Made by a program: the position numbers and the translations under genes. Below, in pieces: positions 55,877 through 62,472 of a DNA stretch of 62,472 nt. Every line of letters begins with the position of its first letter. The stretch's first letter is position 1. The DNA is taken from positions 1-62,472 of IMG/VR virus record IMGVR_UViG_3300043466_001090; one strand, given 5' to 3'. The notes beneath the pieces are model-generated. The model saw nothing but the letters and a program-made list of their open reading frames with translations, was not told where the DNA came from and did not search any database. The DNA is from a virus (Duplodnaviria > Caudoviricetes).

Positions 55877-56369
55877 TGTCATTGAAATTTTTAAATAGTC
55901 CTACAAATCTTCCTTCTGTTTTTAATCCACTTTCATTCATTACTTCCTCAAGTTCTATCTTTTCTACTAGTCCCTTGTCTTTTACAACCTCCATACCATT
56001 TCTTTTGATTTCATAGATGAGGCTTTGTTGTTTCTTACTTGTCTCTACACTAATCATAATCACTTCTTTTCTGTCTTGTTCATCTTCATGCACCACGGTC
56101 ATCCATGCTTCTGCAGACCAGATTAATGCTACAGGATTGAAGTCTTCTTTTAGTTTCTTAGCCACTTTTGGAAACACTTTCTCTACAAACTCATCTTTAG
56201 ACTCATCGTCTTTCATAAATTCAGCTGGTATAGGTATGTGTATAACAGCTTTTTCATCGTTTTCTAAATTTCTAGCAAATACTGTGATTATAGGAGGAAT
56301 AAACCCCTCTTCTACCATCATTGTTTTAAGATGATCTATATACTCATCTTTCATTTCTTTAAAGGTCAT
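55869..56369 (-). CDS. Hypothetical protein
   Basis: 166-aa ORF with SAEAWM motif. Confidence 0.7.
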   Translation of the reverse strand: MTFKEMKDEYIDHLKTMMVEEGFIPPIITVFARNLENDEKAVIHIPIPAEFMKDDESKDEFVEKVFPKVAKKLKEDFNPVALIWSAEAWMTVVHEDEQDRKEVIMISVETSKKQQSLIYEIKRNGMEVVKDKGLVEKIELEEVMNESGLKTEGRFVGLFKNFNDNV

Positions 56370-56388
56370 ATGATTATAGATTTAGTTT

Positions 56389-56419
56389 AAAAAAAGAGTC
56401 CCGTGTAGAAACACAGGAC
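56389..56419 (-). terminator. Intrinsic terminator with GTTTCTAC loop region, downstream of the tRNA
   Basis: Minus strand gtcctgtgtttctacacgggactcttttttt. Confidence 0.75.
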
Positions 56420-56453
56420 GTGATACCCTTTGAAGACTATTTTCCCATAGTCG

Positions 56454-56527
56454 TGGACTCATCTAGGATCGAACTAGAAACCTATTGATTATGAGTCAAT
56501 TGCTCTAACCTATTGAGCTATGAGTCC
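56454..56527 (-). tRNA. tRNA with CAT anticodon (Ile2 or elongator Met)
   Basis: GGACTCA acceptor, TAGCTCAATAGGTTAGAGC D arm, ATTGA-CTCATAA-TCAAT anticodon arm, TCTAG-TTCGATC-CTAGA T arm, discriminator A. Confidence 0.9.
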
Positions 56528-57868
56528 TTAGTATATACCCATATTGTATGGGAACACAACAGGATTGTTTTCAAAGTTTCTTGACAGTCCTACATCAGTT
56601 CCTGTACTAGCAGCTGGACTTCCTGGAGCTAAATGATAATCCCAAAGAAGAGGATTAGCACTAACTGTGTTCATCCAGATAGTTGATGTAGAATTGATTT
56701 CTGATCTATCTAGCGTGAAGTTGGTTATGCTACCTCCTGATAGTTGAAATAAGTTATTTGTATGTACAAACTGATTAGCAGGAGTGGTTAAGCTTGTTCT
56801 AGCTACCTGAAGACCATTGGTAAGCTTGAAGATGTTGTTCTTAGCTACAATAACATTAGGAATAGTGTCAGCTGATTTTTGACCAAATACAGCTGTAGAT
56901 GTTCTAGGAGTTGTTTCTACAAATACATTGTTATAGATCATTAGGTTTCTCACTCTTGTCTTATACTGTCCACCGTTGTTAATATAAACACTACTACCAC
57001 AGTTAATCACCTTGTTAAAAGCAAATGTGTTGTTACGGATGTCATTGTTAGCTATACCATCAGCATTAGAACCGTGCTCAAGTGTACCGTTGTTATCATA
57101 GAACGTGTTATAAGCAATAAAGTTATTCTCTATAACAGCTCCTTCTTCAAAGAACTCTATACCACCACCATCTCTACCATAATCATAGGACATAGCCCAA
57201 CAATCATGTAGATAGTTGTTTGTGAATGTATTCCCTGAACTAGAGATTTGTACTGGTACACCACCATAGTCATCATCAGGATTGATAGTCTTTGGTGTGT
57301 TTTTAATCATTCTAAGATTACCAATATCACAGCCTGTAATATTGTTACCTGTTGAGGATGATGTAAGATAGAACCCATATCCAATTCTATCCATTCTACA
57401 GTTTTTAACAGTGTTTCCTGTAGAACTTTGATCCATCATAAAGGCTATTTTTATCTTAGCCATTACATATCTATCTGTAAATGAGATGGTTGTATCAGAT
57501 ATATTCCAGTTATCAACTACAATGTTCTTAGAATTTCTAAGGATAACCAATGAGGATATTGTAGCTCCTGTTCCCCAGAACAAAGGTTTTGCACCTGTTC
57601 CATAACTACCAAAGTAGACATTTGTCTTAGAAGATACAACTAATGTCCCATTGAATCTATCTCCACTTCTAAATAACACACTGTCTCCACTAACTATGGA
57701 GGACATAGAGCTCTGCACTTTGCTAAGACTAGCCCATGGTGTAGATGAGCTCTGAGCTTGTGTAATAGTTCTTGTATCATTACCCAAAGTGGATGATACA
57801 TAAATAATTCTACCATAGCTTAATTGACATACTAAAAATGCCAATGCAAAAAGAAAAACTTTTTTCAT
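56528..57868 (-). CDS. Signal-peptide-bearing right-handed parallel beta-helix protein (pectin lyase-like fold)
   Basis: MKKVFLFALAFLVCQLSYG signal; YVSS..GND, PWASL, GDSVLFRSGD, YGTGAKP; Asn ladders; DYHLAPGSPA. Confidence 0.8.
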   Translation of the reverse strand: MKKVFLFALAFLVCQLSYGRIIYVSSTLGNDTRTITQAQSSSTPWASLSKVQSSMSSIVSGDSVLFRSGDRFNGTLVVSSKTNVYFGSYGTGAKPLFWGTGATISSLVILRNSKNIVVDNWNISDTTISFTDRYVMAKIKIAFMMDQSSTGNTVKNCRMDRIGYGFYLTSSSTGNNITGCDIGNLRMIKNTPKTINPDDDYGGVPVQISSSGNTFTNNYLHDCWAMSYDYGRDGGGIEFFEEGAVIENNFIAYNTFYDNNGTLEHGSNADGIANNDIRNNTFAFNKVINCGSSVYINNGGQYKTRVRNLMIYNNVFVETTPRTSTAVFGQKSADTIPNVIVAKNNIFKLTNGLQVARTSLTTPANQFVHTNNLFQLSGGSITNFTLDRSEINSTSTIWMNTVSANPLLWDYHLAPGSPAASTGTDVGLSRNFENNPVVFPYNMGIY

Positions 57869-57890
57869 TTTATACAATTTTGGTTAAATG

Positions 57891-58399
57891 TGGAGGTGAG
57901 GGGAGTCGAACCCCTGTCCAACAAGATTCCAAAAATACCATTCTTACATGCTTAGTCAAGAGATAGCTTGACAACTATTGTACTAAAGTAAAGCTATAAG
58001 CTTACTTTTGCACCGTAGTTTATACTGATAATCAAGAGGATGAACCCCCGTTATCTGCACCGTAAAGGGAACTAACCAGTGGTTTAGAAGCCACCAGCTC
58101 CACCACCTAGTTTATGAACTAGGAAACTAACTTTCTTTTTACATCATATAGTCTTGGATGGTCAGTGTCACAGGATGTCCTATGTCTTTACATGTGCTAT
58201 TTTCTGTTCCAAAGCATAGCTGCTCGTCTGATTAGGCTAATACAGCCTCAGCTTCAAGTTCTGCAAGCAGACTGTCCACTGTGTACTCAGAAAGGTCAAC
58301 GTTAGTGTTGCCAGTTAAAAGTAATCAGTTTTTTTGACCACTGACTAGGTCTTGCATGTGATACTTCCTTCATAATGCTGTCAAAACCATGGCACCCCC
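57891..58399 (-). ncRNA. ssrA: tmRNA (transfer-messenger RNA), ~509 nt
   Basis: 5' GGGGGTG pairs with 3' CACCTCC-A with a G3:U70 Ala determinant; ...GGTTTTGAC near the 5' end; T arm AGGGG-TTCGACT-CCCCT preceded by GGAC; pk1-like gacc/ggtc and tcagt/actga; resume context TAACT-GGC. Confidence 0.9.
58232..58312 (-). other. tmRNA tag reading frame (A)GNTNVDLSEYTVDSLLAELEAEAVLA*
   Basis: 27 codons from GGC at 58312 to TAA at 58232. Confidence 0.75.
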
Positions 58400-58408
58400 A
58401 TGAGTTTA

Positions 58409-58416
58409 CAAATATA
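58409..58416 (-). promoter_or_regulatory. Possible sigma-A -7 element for the tmRNA (TATATTTG)
   Basis: TAnnTTTG match 9 nt upstream of the tmRNA 5' end. Confidence 0.5.
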
Positions 58417-58418
58417 CA

Positions 58419-58790
58419 CTATTTTACTTTACACTTTTCACAATATTGTGGATCTAAATGTCCACTCTTAAAAGCAAAGTCTATTTCTTCTTCTGTAAAA
58501 TCTACACCAGTTTTTATAATAGTTCTACAATCATTACATAGTAGAGCTAAATCACCACCATTGAACTTAACAATAGCTTTTTCTTTTGTCAAGTTTTTTG
58601 TGTCATTTACTTGACTTTTATCTGATTCTTCCCAGAATCTGCAGTAGAAATGTTCTCCTAATGCATCTATTTCAGATTGAGGATAACCCTGTTCTATAAG
58701 CCATACAAGACTGTCTTGTCTTCTATCTTCAGGAATAGATTTAGGAAACCCATACTTCCACCCTGATGGTGGGTCAATAATTGTTGCCAT
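58419..58790 (-). CDS. Hypothetical protein with C-terminal Zn ribbon
   Basis: IDPPSGWKYGFPK N-domain plus KFNGG..ALLC..C...YCEKC. Confidence 0.7.
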   Translation of the reverse strand: MATIIDPPSGWKYGFPKSIPEDRRQDSLVWLIEQGYPQSEIDALGEHFYCRFWEESDKSQVNDTKNLTKEKAIVKFNGGDLALLCNDCRTIIKTGVDFTEEEIDFAFKSGHLDPQYCEKCKVK

Positions 58791-58793
58791 AAT

Positions 58794-58907
58794 TTAGTTG
58801 TTTATAATGTATAAAAGTATAGCTACAATTAATCCAATTATTCCTAGGATAGTCATCATTAGACATCCTTCTTTTCTTTGCTGTTTGTTTGTTGGTAAAT
58901 CCATCAT
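58794..58907 (-). CDS. Small membrane protein (37 aa)
   Basis: TM segment LMMTILGIIGLIVAILLYII. Confidence 0.45.
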   Translation of the reverse strand: MMDLPTNKQQRKEGCLMMTILGIIGLIVAILLYIINN

Positions 58908-59068
58908 TGTTCATATTTTTTATAATATGCTCTGTCCCATTTATAACTATGAGCCCAGAACATGATTTTATTAATTTTACTTTTAAAAATTTTAGGTCTC
59001 ATTATCATGACATATCTAGATAGATTGTCATCTACTTTTTCTATATACACTCTTTTATGTCTTTTCAT
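58904..59068 (-). CDS. Small basic protein (54 aa)
   Basis: ATG at 59068, immediately after the tRNA-Arg; ATGA overlap with the next ORF. Confidence 0.4.
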   Translation of the reverse strand: MKRHKRVYIEKVDDNLSRYVMIMRPKIFKSKINKIMFWAHSYKWDRAYYKKYEQ

Positions 59069-59069
59069 G

Positions 59070-59143
59070 TGATCTCAGATGGGCTCGAACCATCAGCCTA
59101 CAGCTTAGAAGGCTGTCGCTCTATCCTGTTGAGCTATGAGACC
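59070..59143 (-). tRNA. tRNA-Arg(TCT)
   Basis: GGTCTCA acceptor, ACAGC-CTTCTAA-GCTGT anticodon arm, GATGG-TTCGAGC-CCATC T arm. Confidence 0.9.
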
Positions 59144-59151
59144 ATTGGTTA

Positions 59152-59235
59152 TTAGTCATCATTCCAAAGCTGGTTAATCATACTGATCACACCATAGATG
59201 GTAACTATACCTGTAAAAATAAGAAAATAAGCCAT
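59152..59235 (-). CDS. Micro membrane peptide (27 aa)
   Basis: MAYFLIFTGIVTIYGVISMINQLWNDD*. Confidence 0.4.
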   Translation of the reverse strand: MAYFLIFTGIVTIYGVISMINQLWNDD

Positions 59236-59246
59236 TGTTTTTAGTT

Positions 59247-59453
59247 TTAATCTTCAACAAGAACTAGACTAGCATTTTTTTCCATACTCAAAATTTTCAT
59301 AGCTTGTTTTTCTGTATAAATAATATGAGGCTGCATTCTAGCTATTCTGTTTCCGTTAATTTTAGCAGTGGTGTTTTTAAGCTTTACCCATTCTCCAAAA
59401 GAGAATATGTAATTTAAATAAGATCCATTTTTTCTAATGTAATATCTGTTCAT
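59247..59453 (-). CDS. Hypothetical protein
   Basis: 68-aa ORF with an A-rich leader. Confidence 0.6.
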   Translation of the reverse strand: MNRYYIRKNGSYLNYIFSFGEWVKLKNTTAKINGNRIARMQPHIIYTEKQAMKILSMEKNASLVLVED

Positions 59454-59469
59454 TTGATTTTAGTTTAAA

Positions 59470-59573
59470 AAATAAGAGAAGAAGGAAGAATTCCCTATCA
59501 TCGGAAGTTAATTTACCTTACTAAATTAAAAAATTAAATGATTAAAGTGTGTTTTCTTCCTTCTTTCTTATTT
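59470..59573. repeat. ~20-bp imperfect inverted repeat flanking an AT-rich spacer
   Basis: aaataagagaagaaggaagaa ... ttcttccttctttcttattt. Confidence 0.7.
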
Positions 59574-59702
59574 ATGCCTATTCAAGGGATGAGTCTTCTA
59601 AGTCTTACCGATCCTTGATCCCATATCTACTCGGTCGTCACCTTTTGAAGTACATCGTTGATCTTCACGTTAATACGGACTTTAGCTCCTTAAATCAGAC
59701 AG

Positions 59703-59981
59703 TTATTTTAATAGAATTGTCTTACGAGTTGATCCAACTATTCTATTCTCACGTAAAATTATACCCTTTTTCTCTAAACTTGTAAGAATTCTTTTTACGG
59801 TTGATTGAGTTATTCCACACTCTGCACACATTCTGTTCACGCTTACAAACACCTCATTATCACCACCAGAATAACTACAGAGGTATGAATATAGTGCCTT
59901 TTCTTGTAACGTAAGATCTGGATCTCTAATTACAAGAGAAGACACCATACCAAACCCTTTTATGACACGATTATTCTTCAT
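59703..59981 (-). CDS. Winged-HTH protein (HTH_36/replication-initiator N-terminal-like)
   Basis: LTLQEKALYSYL...SVNRMCAECGITQSTVKRILTSLEKKGII. Confidence 0.75.
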   Translation of the reverse strand: MKNNRVIKGFGMVSSLVIRDPDLTLQEKALYSYLCSYSGGDNEVFVSVNRMCAECGITQSTVKRILTSLEKKGIILRENRIVGSTRKTILLK

Positions 59982-60516
59982 TGTTTAATTGCTCCTGTCT
60001 AAACATATTTGCAACCTGTTCCATATACTTCTGAAAGTTGTAGTTAGAACTTTTTACAAATTTAACTCTTTCAATCATATTGAACTTAGTTAGAGCAAAA
60101 GGATCATTTTCTTCTTTGTCTTCGTCATCATCAGACATGAGCTTTTTAACTTCCATAAGTTTTTTAAACAGCTCATATTTCTTTTTAAGTTCAGGATCTT
60201 CTTCTGATTCAAAACTATTGTAATGTCTAAAGGCGGCAATAGCTGCTTCATGATAATGCATGAACATTAAGAGCATGATTTCATACTCTAACTCATTCTC
60301 CATCATAGTGATACACTTTTGAAGATCTCCTGTTATAGTAGTGAGAGACTTTGGAGCGTCTGATGACTTTTCATACATTTCTTCTACAAACAATGCATTG
60401 GATATTGTTGTAAAGATTACTTTTTCTCTGGATGAGATTACAAGATCATGTGGTACACCCAATGCTTTTTGGATGTTGTCTATATGATGATCCACGGTTA
60501 ATTTTGCTAATTCCAT
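59971..60516 (-). CDS. Hypothetical protein
   Basis: 181-aa ORF. Confidence 0.7.
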   Translation of the reverse strand: MELAKLTVDHHIDNIQKALGVPHDLVISSREKVIFTTISNALFVEEMYEKSSDAPKSLTTITGDLQKCITMMENELEYEIMLLMFMHYHEAAIAAFRHYNSFESEEDPELKKKYELFKKLMEVKKLMSDDDEDKEENDPFALTKFNMIERVKFVKSSNYNFQKYMEQVANMFRQEQLNNEE

Positions 60517-60539
60517 GTTTATGTTTTTTAAAAAGATTA

Positions 60540-60571
60540 AAAAAAGCAGGGTTTGTTAGACCCTGCTGTTT
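60540..60571 (-). terminator. Intrinsic terminator
   Basis: agcagggt/accctgct stem with an A tract on +. Confidence 0.75.
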
Positions 60572-60572
60572 G

Positions 60573-61352
60573 TTATGAAAGTTTCTCAAACAATTCAGAT
60601 AGTTTACCTTCTTCTTGTGTAGCAAGAATAAACTTCTCTTTGTTTTTCTGAAGCTTTGCTAAAAATGTTTTATGATCATACTTAGAAGTGCCTCTTAAGA
60701 ACTTTACATACTCTTTTACAGCATATCTGTTCTCAAATCTGTTCATACGTGGAACAATCTTGAGCATATCTGTAACATTGTTAAGTATTTCTACATTCTT
60801 TTGCTCATTAATAATCTTAAACTCACCTGATTTAAGAATTTTAGTATGAGCACCACCACCTCTTGAATTACCCATAAGAATAGCGGCAAGTTCTGTTATT
60901 TCAAGATCATACACTTGAAAGTAATGATTAAGTTTTACATAATCTTCTTTCAAGCTAGACCAAGCTACAACATAGTCTTGCATACTCCATGTCTTAGAGC
61001 TAGCATTAAGCATTGCTATTTTCTCTACAAGATCTTGTTTGTTGTCCACTTGTATAGTGACATAAGGTATTTCCCATCCCAATCTAATGAGAGCATTGAA
61101 GATGTGTTGACCGTCAATGATATACTTTGCTAGTTTACCATTAACAAAAGACATTTCTGCTATCACTACAGGTCTAATAATAGTCATCATTTCTAATGAC
61201 TTAGCTAGTTTAGTAACTTGACCTGGATTTATTGGACGGTTTATACCAGCTAAGTAGTTAAACTTGATGTTACCTGTAAGAGATAACCATTTGATGTTCT
61301 TCAGAGCGTCTTTGTAAAAGTTTTTTGATGCTACTGTTGTTGTTTTTTTCAT
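60573..61352 (-). CDS. ParB/Srx-like N-terminal domain protein
   Basis: NRPIN...V..L..S, PVVI, YIIDGQH, LN...KTW...DY. Confidence 0.7.
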   Translation of the reverse strand: MKKTTTVASKNFYKDALKNIKWLSLTGNIKFNYLAGINRPINPGQVTKLAKSLEMMTIIRPVVIAEMSFVNGKLAKYIIDGQHIFNALIRLGWEIPYVTIQVDNKQDLVEKIAMLNASSKTWSMQDYVVAWSSLKEDYVKLNHYFQVYDLEITELAAILMGNSRGGGAHTKILKSGEFKIINEQKNVEILNNVTDMLKIVPRMNRFENRYAVKEYVKFLRGTSKYDHKTFLAKLQKNKEKFILATQEEGKLSELFEKLS

Positions 61353-61375
61353 TTTTTTGAAATTTAAAGGGTTGT

Positions 61376-61543
61376 TTAGTTTAAATAGACTATTTTTCTA
61401 TCGTGTAACATACTTACACGTAGTTCTTTACACCATTTCTGAAAGTCTTCAGAATTGAATTGTCTTTCTTTAATAGGTGGAGGAACAGGGAGTTTTTCTC
61501 CCTGTATCCTTACACCAAAGATGATTTCAGTAATCTTCTGCAT
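61376..61543 (-). CDS. Small hypothetical protein (start revised to MQKITE)
   Basis: ATG at 61543 avoids a large overlap with 61527-61748. Confidence 0.5.
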   Translation of the reverse strand: MQKITEIIFGVRIQGEKLPVPPPIKERQFNSEDFQKWCKELRVSMLHDRKIVYLN

Positions 61544-61748
61544 AATGATTGATTTCGTCATAGATTTTACATGCGTTTTGATAGGTGTCTGCCCAGCAGC
61601 GGATACCTTTAATGTTCCATAAACCTTTACCAGTTTCAAGATCTATTTCCTCAGCTGGTGGAAATAACTGGTTGTTTTGTAGCAGTTCTGCTACATTTGG
61701 ATGTACGTCTGTAGACTTTACATCGTTCTTTGAGAGATTGATAGCCAT
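61527..61748 (-). CDS. Hypothetical protein
   Basis: 73-aa ORF. Confidence 0.6.
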   Translation of the reverse strand: MAINLSKNDVKSTDVHPNVAELLQNNQLFPPAEEIDLETGKGLWNIKGIRCWADTYQNACKIYDEINHYAEDY

Positions 61749-61761
61749 GTTATTTGGGGTT

Positions 61762-62472
61762 TTAAAATGAAAGTTCTTTAATTAATTTGTTTCCTAGTGC
61801 CCAAGAATTTATAGCATCTAGAAAAATAGCTACTTCTTCTTTAATAGCAGTGCTTACAGATCTATTACTATATCCATAACATTGGTTATAAGTGATAGTG
61901 TCTGATATGTAACATCCAAGTGTTGCTTGTTCACCATAAAGATCTATATGATATACTAAATAGGTACCATGATATACACTATTCCAATAGTTAGTGTATA
62001 CACAATGATTCATTGTTTTACCTTCTGCATAAAGTTCTTTTTTTGTGGTGAGAAGTGTAAATCCTGGATGTGTAAATTCTGTAAAGTTTAGAGTGTTTTC
62101 TGCTACAACATCTTGCATATCTTTTACTTCTACTTCCATGATTTCTTTAGTCCAAACCTGATGTTCTTCATGTAATCTTTTACTAGACCATGTATAGTCT
62201 ATTTTCTTATCAAGAATTTGAGCTTGCTTTACTAAGTCCATAAGAAAATAACTAGTTTGCTTTTCAGGATCAACAGACATACAATATTCTAAGAAGTGAT
62301 TCTGGTCCTTAGCTACAGACATCATAAGTAATAACAACTGTTTGTTATAAACACCTGCTTCTATAATGTTATACAAAAGTTTTGGGCTACAATTTAGTCT
62401 CATCACCTTTATATATGCCTTAACAAGCTCCATGTTATTAGTAATCTTACCATTTAGTAGCTTTTCTGCTAT
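61762..62472 (-). CDS. PcfJ-like domain protein, 5' end probably beyond the window
   Basis: LHEEH, LLTTKKELYAEGKTMNHCV, ATL, QCYG..N; the frame stays open from 62433 to the window end. Confidence 0.75.
   Translation of the reverse strand: MAEKLLNGKITNNMELVKAYIKVMRLNCSPKLLYNIIEAGVYNKQLLLLMMSVAKDQNHFLEYCMSVDPEKQTSYFLMDLVKQAQILDKKIDYTWSSKRLHEEHQVWTKEIMEVEVKDMQDVVAENTLNFTEFTHPGFTLLTTKKELYAEGKTMNHCVYTNYWNSVYHGTYLVYHIDLYGEQATLGCYISDTITYNQCYGYSNRSVSTAIKEEVAIFLDAINSWALGNKLIKELSF

Noticed and set aside
59549-59785. 78-aa + strand ORF
   Set aside because: GTG start, overlaps the wHTH gene antisense, no motif; the region is better treated as non-coding
26099-61770. Opposite-strand ORFs over the replication, lysis and early genes (e.g. 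36713-37261, 47422-47913, 33766-34092, 42445-42762, 56017-56334, 58375-58614)
   Set aside because: Antisense shadows of well-supported genes or of the tmRNA; no motifs
1-62472. Stop-codon reassignment (TAG or TGA), known in some crAss-like phages
   Set aside because: Genes up to 9.4 kb are uninterrupted in the standard code, TAG and TGA end genes at sensible boundaries, and no suppressor tRNA is seen

Overview
AT-rich segment of a lytic crAss-like (Crassvirales-related) phage infecting a Bacteroidota host, read in the standard genetic code. (1) 1-24.2 kb (+): four virion cargo/ejection genes, including a 3126-aa single-chain virion RNA polymerase (DFDID motif) and a 2845-aa protein with two zincin motifs. 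(2) 24.2-38.8 kb (-): replication and nucleotide metabolism (dCTP deaminase, SPL-like radical SAM, dNMP kinase, family B DNA polymerase, PD-(D/E)XK nuclease, ThyX, primase, Sak4-like ATPase, DnaB-like helicase, DnaA-domain-IV HTH protein). (3) 38.9-45.1 kb (+): late structural and lysis genes, in which a tandem-PAS membrane protein lies between a holin candidate and a GH19 endolysin, and several proteins share Cys-Cys motifs. (4) 45.2-62.5 kb (-): early/accessory genes (MoxR ATPase-VWA pair, UNG, SF2 helicase, secreted beta-helix protein), two tRNAs and a long tmRNA. Strongest candidates for new biology: cysteines confined almost entirely to the junction termini of the three giant ejected proteins (possible head-to-tail disulfide chain), a PAS sensor inside the lysis cassette, and a tmRNA with an unusually long 26-aa tag. 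All family assignments come from motif recognition by eye; no database searches were run.
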